NCBI GenBank assembly: GCA_964607415.1
Contig: CAZSKK010000003.1
Span: 3,693 to 67,692 of the forward strand
Length of the DNA stretch: 64,000 nucleotides
From: an uncultured Candidatus Saccharibacteria bacterium
GTDB lineage: Bacteria > Patescibacteriota > Dojkabacteria > J137
Reading direction: 5' to 3'
This document shows, piece after piece, positions 40,030 through 49,736 of this stretch; the first letter of the stretch is position 1, and every line of letters starts with the position of its first letter. The notes under the pieces were generated by a model, which was given only the letters and a program-made list of their open reading frames with translations, made no database searches and was not told the DNA's origin. A program made the position numbers and the translations under genes.

Positions 40030-40488
40030 ATGAGCATGTTTGGAGACGTAAACAAAGTAACATTAATGGGTAATATTACTAACGATCCCGAGCTGAGATA
40101 CACACCAGGAGGTGCTGGAGTATTAAATTTTGGGATGGCAACTAATAGAAGCTACCAAAAGGACAACCAATGGGTAGATGAACCAAGTTTTCACAATATT
40201 GTAGTTTGGAGAAGTGCAGAAACTTTGGCTCAAAGAGTTAAAAAAGGAACAAGGGTTTATGTTGAAGGAAGGCTTCAAACAAGAAGCTGGGAAAACGCAG
40301 AAGGTAAAAAACAATATAAAACTGAAGTTGTCGCAGAAGATGTAATTTTAGTTGCAAGATATGAAGGTGGAAAAGAAGATGGAGGAAGTAACGCAGCACC
40401 AGAAAGTGCTCCTAAAAAATCAGCTTCAAAATCTAAAAAAGAGGAGGCTAGTGACGATTCAATAAACCCGGACGATTTACCGTTTTAA
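40030..40488 (+). CDS. ssb: Single-stranded DNA-binding protein
   Basis: An OB-fold is present (LMGNITNDPELRYTPGGAGVLNFGMATN ... VVWRSAETLAQRVKKGTRVYVEGRLQTRSWE). It has a Gly/acidic tail ending in DDLPF. Confidence 0.9.
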   Translation: MSMFGDVNKVTLMGNITNDPELRYTPGGAGVLNFGMATNRSYQKDNQWVDEPSFHNIVVWRSAETLAQRVKKGTRVYVEGRLQTRSWENAEGKKQYKTEVVAEDVILVARYEGGKEDGGSNAAPESAPKKSASKSKKEEASDDSINPDDLPF

Positions 40489-41192
40489 AGTTTCTTGCTT
40501 TTAGTAAGCTTACTGAATATCTCTTTTAAGGATTTCAGTAAGCTTTTTTTATTTACTTCAGAATACTTGTTATCGACACTCTCCATTTCATCCCTTTTGC
40601 GAAAAAGTTCATATTTTAGCAGATTGATCATTAATTTGTTTTCATTGTCTGTAAAGTAATGTAACAAAACTCTTTCAAATTCTTCTTTATCTTTTAAAAC
40701 AAGGCACAACGTAGAAATTAGTAGTGCATTAAAATTATATGGCTGATAGTTTGAAACCGGGTATCCTTCAATCCACTCTTTAATTATTAGATTACCAAAA
40801 TAGGATTTCCAGTATTCATAATCGTCTGGTACAACTAAAGAATTTATATCTAATGATTCAATAAATCTGGGTATGATAAAGCTTTTGCCAAGTTCCACAG
40901 AGTCTAAACTTACTAACACCTGATATAATTCTCTTAATTCGTTTTCCAATCTTTCAACAATTAATGCATACTCTTTATCCAAAGGATCTTCGCTAAAAAG
41001 CCTAATAACAAGCATTAATTTTGTTCTTATATAATCAAATTGCAGGTCTTCTGGTTTATAACCATACTCGGGAAAACCAATTCCATCTTCAGAAAAAAAT
41101 CCGCCGGATCTTAGATAAGTTAAAAACAAGCTGTAAGCAGCTGGTTCTGCTAAAGGAGAAGCTTCAATTATTTCTGCTGACGCGTCCATCAT
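40485..41192 (-). CDS. Hypothetical protein (235 aa)
   Basis: The ORF has coding-like composition and no recognisable domain. Confidence 0.45.
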   Translation of the reverse strand: MMDASAEIIEASPLAEPAAYSLFLTYLRSGGFFSEDGIGFPEYGYKPEDLQFDYIRTKLMLVIRLFSEDPLDKEYALIVERLENELRELYQVLVSLDSVELGKSFIIPRFIESLDINSLVVPDDYEYWKSYFGNLIIKEWIEGYPVSNYQPYNFNALLISTLCLVLKDKEEFERVLLHYFTDNENKLMINLLKYELFRKRDEMESVDNKYSEVNKKSLLKSLKEIFSKLTKSKKL

Positions 41193-41242
41193 GTATTAGA
41201 TTAATTTGCGGAAATCTTAGCAAGAAGAAAAACGTTTTGCAA

Positions 41243-41869
41243 TTAGCCTTGTGGATAAAATCTTTCTTCAATAATTGCAAAACACACATCGCTAATTGAA
41301 CCTCCCATATATTCGCTTTGCCTCTGCATTGTTTTCATTCTTTTCCGATACTCATGGATATCCTTACTTGTTAAATGAATTAGAAGCATATTTAATAACT
41401 GTTCTCTAGCTGAATCTTGTTTTATTTGGAATCTATCTTCTTTGAATAGGGAATAAATATTATTAAATAAATATGGTAAATTTTGACGAACTAAAAATTT
41501 ATCCAAGCTAGTTCCAACAGTATGAATTAATATTCCAAAATTGACATTGGTTATGAAAGAATCATACCTTTCTTTATACTCATTATCCTCACTAAGTGGC
41601 AATGTAATCAACCTATAGCCAAGGCTTAAAAACACTTTCACTTCATTCAGTAAATGCTCGTTTATAACTTTTCCTTCGTCATCAAAAATAAGCTGTTCTA
41701 AAACACTTAGTCTCTTATAAACTGTTTCAGCATTTTTTTGATGAAGTGTCAGCCCAATTTCTTCTTCAGGTTGTAATTCTATTTGGTTTATAGTTGACAT
41801 CAGCTGTGTAAATATCTGAGAAAATTTTTCTGAATAATCAATGGTTTGTGGGGTATAACTATCAGACAT
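41243..41869 (-). CDS. Hypothetical protein (208 aa)
   Basis: The ORF lies directly upstream of the SpoU methyltransferase gene, with a 2-nt gap. There is no recognisable domain. Confidence 0.45.
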   Translation of the reverse strand: MSDSYTPQTIDYSEKFSQIFTQLMSTINQIELQPEEEIGLTLHQKNAETVYKRLSVLEQLIFDDEGKVINEHLLNEVKVFLSLGYRLITLPLSEDNEYKERYDSFITNVNFGILIHTVGTSLDKFLVRQNLPYLFNNIYSLFKEDRFQIKQDSAREQLLNMLLIHLTSKDIHEYRKRMKTMQRQSEYMGGSISDVCFAIIEERFYPQG

Positions 41870-41871
41870 TT

Positions 41872-42384
41872 TTAGAAGCTAAATAATGTAATTGCAACGC
41901 TTGATGCAACATTTAAACTTGCACCTTTACCATACATTGGAATAAATACCGAAGAATCACATCGTTCTAAAGTTTTTTTATTAACTCCATAAACTTCACT
42001 TCCCGCAACAAAGCAAATCTTATCTTTTCCCTCTAAATAATTTTTAAGTTGATCTATTAGCATTGCTTTATCAGTAAGCTCAATTGCAATAATTTCAAAA
42101 CCTTGTCTTTTTAGCGAATTAATTACTTCGCCAGAAGTTTTATTTCCTACCCAATCAATTGATTTTTCTTTATGGCGCGATACTTTAACCAAATCTTTTC
42201 CAAAAGGGGGTAGATGCGAAATCCCAGTTAAAAATACTTTTCTAACTCCTGCTGCGTCTGCAACCCTAAACATAATTGCTACATTTCTTGCATATTCAAT
42301 ATTTTCAAGAAGAAGATAAATTGTTTTGTCTCGTTTAAATTCTTTTGAAAGTTTTTTAATTTCTTTTTTTTGTAACTGACGCAT
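41872..42384 (-). CDS. SpoU/TrmH-family RNA 2'-O-methyltransferase
   Basis: The SPOUT motifs are FRVADAAGV, FVAGSEVYGV and PMYGKGASLNVASSVAITLF. Confidence 0.75.
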   Translation of the reverse strand: MRQLQKKEIKKLSKEFKRDKTIYLLLENIEYARNVAIMFRVADAAGVRKVFLTGISHLPPFGKDLVKVSRHKEKSIDWVGNKTSGEVINSLKRQGFEIIAIELTDKAMLIDQLKNYLEGKDKICFVAGSEVYGVNKKTLERCDSSVFIPMYGKGASLNVASSVAITLFSF

Positions 42385-42616
42385 TTTAATTGGTTAGTAA
42401 GTTAAAAGTTAATTGGTTAATTTGTAAAACCACTAATTAACTATTATACCGTTGACTAATTAACTTTACCAATTTCTACAGTCACTCACACAGTCCATCA
42501 GTTACAATTTACTCACTATTTGCTATCCGCTATCAGCTATCAGCTATTAGCTATGATATAATCTTCATACAACTTAACTTTATACATTAAAACGTTTTTA
42601 CCTTACAACGCTTTTT

Positions 42617-43273
42617 ATGAAAAACGCAACCAAAATCATTACCTCACTTGTTTTAATAATAATATTTTTATTAGCATGTGGAGCAATGTTAAGTATAGGA
42701 TTTGTTGGAGCATGGCTTCATACTTATAGAGTCTTAACAGATAGAAGACCAGTTGCGGAAATTTCGATTTCAGAACTAAAGGAAGATGATCTAGGTCAGT
42801 ACATGAATGTAACTTATAAGCCAATAAAAGAAGAATCTGCACTAGTAGCTTTAATTGCTCCAAACGATAGCGAAGATGTTGAATTTGAGCAAGAACAAAC
42901 GTTTAAGCTTTACGGAGATACTGTTCACATTGGAGGTCCAATGGTTAAGTTTAACGATGAATTAATTTTGGTAAATTTCAAAACAATTTATAAAGTAGGT
43001 AAAATTTTCTCTAGATATAACATAGATAACGAAAAAGAAATAAATAAGACTGATGAAATGCAAAAGCAATCATCTTATGATATAAATGGTGGAATTGATT
43101 CCAACTGGCAGTCAATTCATGATAAATTAACTGAAAATAGCCTAAGGGGAAAGTTTTATAGAATTTTTGTTGATACAACTCAACTTGATGTACCTGGTCA
43201 GTTTGCTAGTAATAGAGAACAAACCTACACTTTGTATATTACTAATAATGGATTTGTTTGGGACTTGAAATAA
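42617..43273 (+). CDS. Putative lipoprotein or hypothetical exported protein (218 aa)
   Basis: The N-terminus MKNATKIITSLVLIIIFLLACGAM has a lipobox-like LLAC. There is no recognisable domain. Confidence 0.5.
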   Translation: MKNATKIITSLVLIIIFLLACGAMLSIGFVGAWLHTYRVLTDRRPVAEISISELKEDDLGQYMNVTYKPIKEESALVALIAPNDSEDVEFEQEQTFKLYGDTVHIGGPMVKFNDELILVNFKTIYKVGKIFSRYNIDNEKEINKTDEMQKQSSYDINGGIDSNWQSIHDKLTENSLRGKFYRIFVDTTQLDVPGQFASNREQTYTLYITNNGFVWDLK

Positions 43274-43411
43274 ATAAGACAAAGGTTGTAAAGATAGATT
43301 ATGTTTCCTCTCCCTTTGGGAGAGGATTAAGGTGAGGGGTTCGAAAAAAGCACATTGTGCATTTGAGTGCAGCTAAAATAGCTCCATTCGACTGCATAAT
43401 ATGCAATCTCA

Positions 43412-43444
43412 GGTGTTGTGGCCAAGTGGTAAGGCGAGAGTCTG
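43412..43444 (+). other. tRNA 5'-half-like fragment (acceptor 5' strand, D-arm and anticodon-stem 5' strand). It matches tRNA-Cys at 31 of 33 positions.
   Basis: The sequence GGTGTTGTGGCCAAGTGGTAAGGCGAGAGTCTG compares with GGTGACGTGGCCAAGTGGTAAGGCGAGAGTCTG of the intact gene. It ends after the first anticodon nucleotide. Confidence 0.6.
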
Positions 43445-43514
43445 ACCCGAAAATCATGTTAAGCTTGCGAAACATATGATTTTCGTGGATCCCAAACTTT
43501 ATGAATTACAAAAA

Positions 43515-43585
43515 GGTGACGTGGCCAAGTGGTAAGGCGAGAGTCTGCAAAACTCTTACTCGCGGGTTCGATTCCCGCCGTCACC
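43515..43585 (+). tRNA. tRNA-Cys (anticodon GCA)
   Basis: A 71-nt cloverleaf is present, with acceptor GGTGACG/CGTCACC and anticodon stem AGAGT/ACTCT around loop CTGCAAA. The T-arm is GCGGG-TTCGATT-CCCGC. No CCA is encoded. It is flanked by the perfect 14-bp inverted repeat ATGAATTACAAAAA / TTTTTGTAATTCAT. Confidence 0.85.
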
Positions 43586-43674
43586 TTTTTGTAATTCATA
43601 TTTCTTTGTGGGGACAAAACTATTATCATACATACAGAATAATTTTCATTCTCAACATGACATTTAGTCATGTT

Positions 43675-43703
43675 TCGGGGTTCGATTCCCGCCAACACCT
43701 TAT
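43675..43703 (+). other. tRNA 3'-half-like fragment (T-arm and acceptor 3' strand). Its acceptor CAACACC is complementary to the 5' fragment GGTGTTG.
   Basis: The sequence is CGGGGTTCGATTCCCGCCAACACC. It is preceded by the hairpin CATGACATTTAGTCATG. Confidence 0.55.
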
Positions 43704-43835
43704 AGGTTTTTGGTTTAGCTCACTCGACAACATAATATGTTGTCTCAGGTGCAACTCCCACCGTGTCCTATTACTGCAAAACAGCTTTTTTTATATATTC
43801 GACTGCATAATATGCAGTCTCAACTCTCAGCATTC

Positions 43836-44960
43836 TCATTGCAGTTCAAACTCAAAACTCTTAAAGATCTCCCCATTAATTTGTATTTCAAGTTTGTGCG
43901 TTCCAGGATACAAAGTTCGTGTAGTCATAAACTGTTTTAGCATATGTTTCTTTTGAATTGTTGCAGTTTCACCTTCGTTAAGATTTAAAGCTTTAATTTT
44001 AAAAACCTTTTTGTTATTTAGCTTCCCAGTCTTATTCTGAAAGTAGAGTATATAGTCAACTACTAAATTAACTTCTGATTTAGCATAGATATCAAAGCTA
44101 AACTGCAAGTACGAATTCATTTTAACTTTGTTTGTTGCCGTAAAATTTTGAATTGCTATATCCGGTTTGTGGCTAAAACCCAGCAATTCCATTGCCCCCA
44201 AATCGCCTTGTTTTATAAGCGTTCTTAAAGAATGTTTTATAATGTAATCCATCTCTTTAGGATCTTGCTTTTTAGAATCCCTCCACTTAATCAAAGTTTT
44301 AATTACCAACTCTGGATCAACCTTGGAAATATCGTTCATGTGATTTGCCACCGAGCGTGTTACAAATCTAGCCGAATCGGAGAACAAATTATCTAAAATT
44401 GTAATTGGAGTAGAGTGGCTCATATTAATTTTTTGAGCCCAGGGAAGCTTAGGTCTTGTTCCTTCACTACAAAGCCTCCTTACGTGGTAGTTTGAATCTT
44501 TGCTCCATATCAAAAGTGTTTCTAAAGTCTCCTTTGGATATTTATTAATGAAATACCTGATTGCATCTTCAACCGAAAAACGCATTGTAATTTCCCTTAG
44601 GACATTTAACGACAAAGTTAGATTGTTCCTATCAAGCCCATATTTAGCTACAAACTCCGCATATGGTGCATAAATAAAATCTCCAAAGTCGTTATCAGTT
44701 AAACTGGGATCATTTGGCTCCGGAAGTGCCTTAAGTATAACTGCAACTGCATCACTATAATTGTTTGGCAAATATTTCTTAAGATTTTCTGCAATCCACG
44801 AAATTCTGGCTTTTAACTCAAGCTCTGGGAATTTTATCATCACCTCATCTATAAAACTTTCTTCGGCAAATTCCGGATAAACGTTTTTTACTTCACTAGC
44901 CAGTTGGCTAACTTTATTTTTATTAAAAAGAAAATCTTTTAAAGAAAATTTTTCAGCCAT
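43836..44960 (-). CDS. DNA alkylation repair (AlkD/AlkC-like HEAT-repeat glycosylase) family protein with an extra C-terminal domain
   Basis: It has an all-helical repeat architecture. The SNYHVRRLCSEGTRPKLPWAQ block resembles the DNA_alkylation family. Confidence is moderate. Confidence 0.5.
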   Translation of the reverse strand: MAEKFSLKDFLFNKNKVSQLASEVKNVYPEFAEESFIDEVMIKFPELELKARISWIAENLKKYLPNNYSDAVAVILKALPEPNDPSLTDNDFGDFIYAPYAEFVAKYGLDRNNLTLSLNVLREITMRFSVEDAIRYFINKYPKETLETLLIWSKDSNYHVRRLCSEGTRPKLPWAQKINMSHSTPITILDNLFSDSARFVTRSVANHMNDISKVDPELVIKTLIKWRDSKKQDPKEMDYIIKHSLRTLIKQGDLGAMELLGFSHKPDIAIQNFTATNKVKMNSYLQFSFDIYAKSEVNLVVDYILYFQNKTGKLNNKKVFKIKALNLNEGETATIQKKHMLKQFMTTRTLYPGTHKLEIQINGEIFKSFEFELQ

Positions 44961-44974
44961 AAGTTTTTAAATAT

Positions 44975-45002
44975 GAAGCCGCGACTTCGAAGTCGCGGCT
45001 TC
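44975..45002 (-). terminator. GC-rich hairpin terminator after the 524-aa acidic protein gene (GAAGCCGCGACTTCGAAGTCGCGGCTTC)
   Basis: The 11-bp stem is identical in sequence to the stem at 28335-28356. It is followed by T/A-rich sequence on the minus strand. Confidence 0.5.
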
Positions 45003-45046
45003 ATAAAATGTTCTACAAAATAAAGCCTGAATACAATAATTTAAGC

Positions 45047-46621
45047 TTACAACGACCCATCGTCTTCATAATAGTCTTCCCAGTTGTAGTCTTCCATATA
45101 TTCATCAAAATTGTAATCCGAATCATCCATGTAATCCTCCCAATTAAAATCGTCCGTAGAATTGTCATCCAAACCATAATCTCCCATATCTAAAAAACTG
45201 TATGGATCAATTTGGTTTAACTGTTCAGTTAAATCCACATCAAACTCAGGCGCTACTACTTCTTTGTCCGAATCATTACTTAAAATAAGATAATTAAATT
45301 TTAAGTTTATCAATGAATCTCCAAAGCTAAGCCCTGGATACGCTCCGTCTAGACTTCCGGAATTAAATACCAGATCAACCCCAGCGCCACTTAATTTAGA
45401 ATCATTTACACACATATTTACACTAACAGCAATTTGGCTGTTATCAATCTCATCTCTGAGTTGATCCATAGATTCTTCAATTGACTGTCTTGCTTCTTCT
45501 GGAGTTTCAGGTCCATCATAAGCCTCATCATTTGTTACAATATCAGAAATTTCAACAGCTGCAGTTTCAAGTTGATCAATCATTCCTTTAAAATCTACCT
45601 CACTTGAATCACAAGTTGAATCAGAGTCATCCCTTATTGGATCAAAACTTTCAGTGTTTCCAAAGATTGTAAAATCTTCCATTGTTTTAATTAAAACATC
45701 CTTTACCGGATTTCCAATTCGCTGAATTAAAGCTTCGTCTTCATCGGAAAGATCAGCGAATGTTTCGTCCAAAGAGTTAGTGTATTCTTCTAATAAATCT
45801 TCAGTTGAAAAAGAAGCTCCTGATACACTCATTTCTTCAGATTTTAAAGTACTAATAAGTTCAGACATATATTCAGTTAAATCAACTTTGAATACTTTAT
45901 CTTCAACCAAAGCCGCACCTAAAGCTGAATCACTATCTGTTGATTCAGGCATTACTAAGTTATCAAAGCTTATGTATACAACTTCATCAGTATAAGTTAG
46001 ATCAAAGTTCCCGTTAAACTCACCAGTTGAAGGTTCTGAAAAATTAAAGCTTCCTTTAATATTAATTGCAGGAATAGATCTTAATATTTCAGCCTCACTC
46101 ATATCGATAAAAGGATTTTCACCCTCAGATACTTCATATTTTGAGTAATCAAACTCCGGATAATCTACTAAAATATCTGAGTTTAAGTTTAGGCTCCCGG
46201 AATCTCCCATGTCTAAAGCCATATCAAAAGCAACCTCCAATGTTTTTCCAGATACATCTACATCTTCACTTGAAAAATACCTTAAATTATCACTAATCTC
46301 GCTAGATTTTTCTGAAATTGCATCCAGATCAAAAATCTTTGGAGGATTGTCTTTATCGAAATTTGAGAAATCAAGGTCTTCAAGATATAACTTAACAGAA
46401 TCAGAGAAAGCCATTTCAAGCTCTTCCTGAGGATTATCTGCTTTATAGTCATCGCTTAGTATGTTAATAGATGAGTCTTCAGAGATAAAAAGAAAAAAAG
46501 CAGCTACTGAAGAAATAGCAAAAAGGAACAAAATAGTAAAACAACCTAGCCCTAGCCAAAGAAATTTCTTACTTTTCTTTTTGGTTTTAGTTTCTACTGG
46601 AGCAATTGTTGCATCTGGCAT
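45047..46621 (-). CDS. Membrane-anchored, highly acidic (D/E-rich) extracytoplasmic protein (524 aa)
   Basis: It has an N-terminal TM (FLWLGLGCFTILFLFAISSVAAFFLF). The rest is strongly acidic and low in complexity, with a C-terminal DYNWEDYYEDD repeat. Confidence 0.55.
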   Translation of the reverse strand: MPDATIAPVETKTKKKSKKFLWLGLGCFTILFLFAISSVAAFFLFISEDSSINILSDDYKADNPQEELEMAFSDSVKLYLEDLDFSNFDKDNPPKIFDLDAISEKSSEISDNLRYFSSEDVDVSGKTLEVAFDMALDMGDSGSLNLNSDILVDYPEFDYSKYEVSEGENPFIDMSEAEILRSIPAINIKGSFNFSEPSTGEFNGNFDLTYTDEVVYISFDNLVMPESTDSDSALGAALVEDKVFKVDLTEYMSELISTLKSEEMSVSGASFSTEDLLEEYTNSLDETFADLSDEDEALIQRIGNPVKDVLIKTMEDFTIFGNTESFDPIRDDSDSTCDSSEVDFKGMIDQLETAAVEISDIVTNDEAYDGPETPEEARQSIEESMDQLRDEIDNSQIAVSVNMCVNDSKLSGAGVDLVFNSGSLDGAYPGLSFGDSLINLKFNYLILSNDSDKEVVAPEFDVDLTEQLNQIDPYSFLDMGDYGLDDNSTDDFNWEDYMDDSDYNFDEYMEDYNWEDYYEDDGSL

Positions 46622-46797
46622 AATGAAAGAATTAAGAATTATGAATTAAGATTTAAGAAAGTTAATTAGTCAGTTGGTAAACAGTCAATTAGTGTAATAT
46701 CCCAATTAACGCATCTACTAATTAACATATTAACCTAATGGTTTTATGTGTTTTACTTACGTCAAACGTCCTACGTCTGACTTCAAACGCTAACTAA

Positions 46798-48363
46798 TTA
46801 TACCAAAAGATCTCGACCCGTCATATCTGCGGGAGGCTCCACTCCCATAAGTTTTAATATAGTAGGTGCAACGTCTGCTAAACCACCTACTGGGAGTTCT
46901 CTACCATCAAGGCCTTTTTTTATTACAATGAAAGGAACCTGATTGGTTGAGTGCTTTGTATCAGGTTCGCCTGTTTGAACATTAATCATTTCTTCAGCAT
47001 TCCCATGATCTGCCGTAATAACTACCGCTCCGTCCTTTTTTAAAACTTCTTGTACAATTCTACCTACACAATCGTCACAAACCTCCATTGATTTTATTGT
47101 TGCATCTAAAACTCCTGTATGTGCAACCATATCGGGTCCTGCAAAGTTTACAACTATAAAATCAAATTCATCCTTTTCTATTTTCTCGATCAGAACATCT
47201 GTAACCCACTTTTGGCTCATTTCTGGTTTTAAATCATATGTTGCAACGTCTTTAGGCGATGGAATTTCAAGCCAAACTTCACCTGGCCAAATATTTGGAT
47301 TACCACCATTAAAAAAATAAGTAACATGAGGAAATTTTTCTGACTCCGAAATTCGTAGCTGCTTCAGTCCTTTATCTGAAAGTACCTTTCCTAATGGATC
47401 CGTAATCTCTTCTGGAGGAAAAGCTTTTCTAATTGGAAAACCATCCTCGTATTCTGTAAAACCAACAAAATACAAATTTTTAATCTTCGTCCTCTCAAAT
47501 CCTTTAAAATTGTCATCTTCAAAAGCTTTAGTTATTTGAGTTGCTCTATCTGCTCTAAAATTGAAGAAAATAACACAATCTCCTTCCTTGATTACTGCAG
47601 GTTTCTCTTTTCCAGTAACTACAACAAGGGGTTCCATATATTCATCAGTAACGTTTTTCTTATACATCTCCTCTAAAGTTTTCTTCCAGCTTTTTGTTTC
47701 CGTTCCAATTCCACTTGTTAGTAAATCATAAGCTCTTTTTGTTTTTTCCCACCTTCTATCTCTATCCATGGCATAAGTTCTTCCTATGATTGTTGCAATT
47801 CTACCTACTCTTTTTTGAATACAATATGATTCTAATTTTTCTAAAAGATCAGATCCTGCTGTGGGTGAAGAATCCCTTCCATCAGTAAAACAATGAATAA
47901 AAAGACTATCTGGATCAATTTTTTGCCTTTTAGCAACTTCCATTAGGGCAACTAAATGCTCAAAAGATGAATGCACAACTCCATCCCCGACTAAGCCCAT
48001 AAAGTGAATGTTACCTTTATTCTTCTTTGCATGCTCAATGCCATCTATTATTACCTGATTTGAATAAAAGCCATCGTTTTTTATAGCATTATCTATTCTG
48101 GGAAGATCTTGAAAAATTACTTTCCCAGCACCTATGGTCATATGTCCTACCTCAGAATTACCATCTGCATCTGATGGTAAACCAACATGTAATCCAGCAG
48201 CCTCTAAATATGTATGCGGGTAACTGGGCCACAATTTATCAAGATTTTTTGTGTCTGCAAGAGTAACAGCATTACCAGGTCCAGGCTGTGCAACGCCAAC
48301 CCCATCCATAGAAATTAATACAACAGGTTTTGGTCTTTTAAAAAAATCCGCCATTATAATCAA
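46798..48363 (-). CDS. gpmI: 2,3-bisphosphoglycerate-independent phosphoglycerate mutase
   Basis: The N-terminus VVLISMDGVG...SEVGHMTIGAG carries the iPGM catalytic Ser motif. Also present are DGRDSSP, VITADHGNAE and a metal-binding C-terminal half. Confidence 0.9.
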   Translation of the reverse strand: MIIMADFFKRPKPVVLISMDGVGVAQPGPGNAVTLADTKNLDKLWPSYPHTYLEAAGLHVGLPSDADGNSEVGHMTIGAGKVIFQDLPRIDNAIKNDGFYSNQVIIDGIEHAKKNKGNIHFMGLVGDGVVHSSFEHLVALMEVAKRQKIDPDSLFIHCFTDGRDSSPTAGSDLLEKLESYCIQKRVGRIATIIGRTYAMDRDRRWEKTKRAYDLLTSGIGTETKSWKKTLEEMYKKNVTDEYMEPLVVVTGKEKPAVIKEGDCVIFFNFRADRATQITKAFEDDNFKGFERTKIKNLYFVGFTEYEDGFPIRKAFPPEEITDPLGKVLSDKGLKQLRISESEKFPHVTYFFNGGNPNIWPGEVWLEIPSPKDVATYDLKPEMSQKWVTDVLIEKIEKDEFDFIVVNFAGPDMVAHTGVLDATIKSMEVCDDCVGRIVQEVLKKDGAVVITADHGNAEEMINVQTGEPDTKHSTNQVPFIVIKKGLDGRELPVGGLADVAPTILKLMGVEPPADMTGRDLLV

Positions 48364-48680
48364 GCTTCTTCATATTACTTCTCCTTTAGGAGAAGTCGAT
48401 TCTGAACTTTGTTTCAGAATCTGATGAGGTTAATAAAATCCCCTTTTTATTCTCAACAACATAAAATGTTGTTTCGGGTCGATTTCGATATTGTTCGAAA
48501 TCGGGTGAGGTTTTTAATTTTTAACTCCACTCAGCAGCACAATGTGCTGTTTCGGGAGAAATAAAGAGGGGTTGTACAACTATATCTAATATCAGCATAC
48601 CTGAAAAGAAAAAAAGTATAAAGACTATTGAAATCTTCAATAAAAAATTATATAAAGTCGTAATTTTTAAATTAAAATAA

Positions 48681-49043
48681 ATGTCAACACTAGAGCAAGA
48701 AGTTAATTTGTGGCCTGTAAACGTCCGTACCGATACTCCAGTATTAGGTCTTCCTGATGCTATATTTAACAGTATGGAAGAAAGTACGTTAAATTGGGGC
48801 CGTTTATTACATTCAGCCAAAGATTTACTAAAAAGTGAATCAACTACCGCCCAGTTGCTACTATCTGGGATGCCTGTCGAGGTTGCTCTCATAAAAATCC
48901 AAAATAGAGTGATAATTACACTACAAACCATTGTAAATGAAGCCGATATAGAATATGTCCTAAGCGACCTCATTCTGGCAATCAACGAAGCTAATAAGTC
49001 TCTTCCTCAAGCAGTATTTGAAATTGCGCAAATGTACAGTTGA
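48681..49043 (+). CDS. Hypothetical small protein (120 aa), first in a five-gene cluster
   Basis: The ORF has no recognisable domain. It overlaps the next gene at ATGA. Confidence 0.4.
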   Translation: MSTLEQEVNLWPVNVRTDTPVLGLPDAIFNSMEESTLNWGRLLHSAKDLLKSESTTAQLLLSGMPVEVALIKIQNRVIITLQTIVNEADIEYVLSDLILAINEANKSLPQAVFEIAQMYS

Positions 49044-49408
49044 ATATGACGCCGATTTTTGGTATCATATTTAGTATTTATATAATCATTATTTATATGG
49101 ATACATTAAATTTTAGTGAGCAAATACCAGAAGCGTTGCCTTATAGTGCAAGTATTAGAGAAATTATGCAACATATCCAATCTAATAATTTCGCAATTAG
49201 TACCACCTTACAAGTTATTAATGATGGTTTGTTCGAACTTTGGATAGATAAAAGTGGAAAGATAACTCCTATAATAAAAACTGACAACCTATCGTTAGAT
49301 TTCGAGAACTCGAGGCGATATAACCAAGCATTTGTTAGATTAGCAAATGCTAGTCGAGAAATTTTTCCACAAGTAAATACACCACCTGTATACTCTGATC
49401 TTTACTAA
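49040..49408 (+). CDS. Hypothetical small protein (122 aa) with an N-terminal TM helix
   Basis: The N-terminus is MNMTPIFGIIFSIYIIIIYM. Confidence 0.4.
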   Translation: MNMTPIFGIIFSIYIIIIYMDTLNFSEQIPEALPYSASIREIMQHIQSNNFAISTTLQVINDGLFELWIDKSGKITPIIKTDNLSLDFENSRRYNQAFVRLANASREIFPQVNTPPVYSDLY

Positions 49409-49454
49409 GCTTACCCTCAAAGCCAAAAGCCATATTAATCGTTAAAATTAAACT

Positions 49455-49736
49455 GTGGTTATACCTGACAGCTCTACAAAAGAAACTCTTATGCAACAAA
49501 TAGAAAAATCTATCACTCAACTGAATGATGATTCTATTTCTATTTCTATTGAACCAACATTAGGTATTTCGTTAGTAATAGAACGTTCTAATGGGAATAT
49601 ACATGCAACTATTGTAAGGCCTGAAAAGGTAAAGCATTTGAGCATCATCGGTGACACATGGAATATTCTTCATGTAAATAATATTAGCAATGTTTCATTT
49701 AAAAATATTTATAATCATTCAAACCATGAAGGTTGA
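49455..49736 (+). CDS. Hypothetical small protein (93 aa)
   Basis: The ORF is in the same operon-like array as its neighbours. There is no recognisable motif. Confidence 0.35.
   Translation: MVIPDSSTKETLMQQIEKSITQLNDDSISISIEPTLGISLVIERSNGNIHATIVRPEKVKHLSIIGDTWNILHVNNISNVSFKNIYNHSNHEG

Noticed and set aside
43445-43674. Group I intron in the outer tRNA-like sequence
   Set aside because: I cannot identify P/Q/R/S core elements by eye. The interruption falls after anticodon position 34 instead of in the canonical loop position. I kept this only as a hypothesis in the findings.
43459-43956. ORFs of 79 aa (minus) and 151 aa (plus) across the tRNA region
   Set aside because: They overlap the tRNA-Cys gene and hairpin repeats. 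They have low-complexity translation and are not coding.
48521-48985. 154-aa minus-strand ORF
   Set aside because: It spans repeat-rich intergenic DNA and is antisense to the first gene of the small-protein array. It has hydrophobic low-complexity translation.
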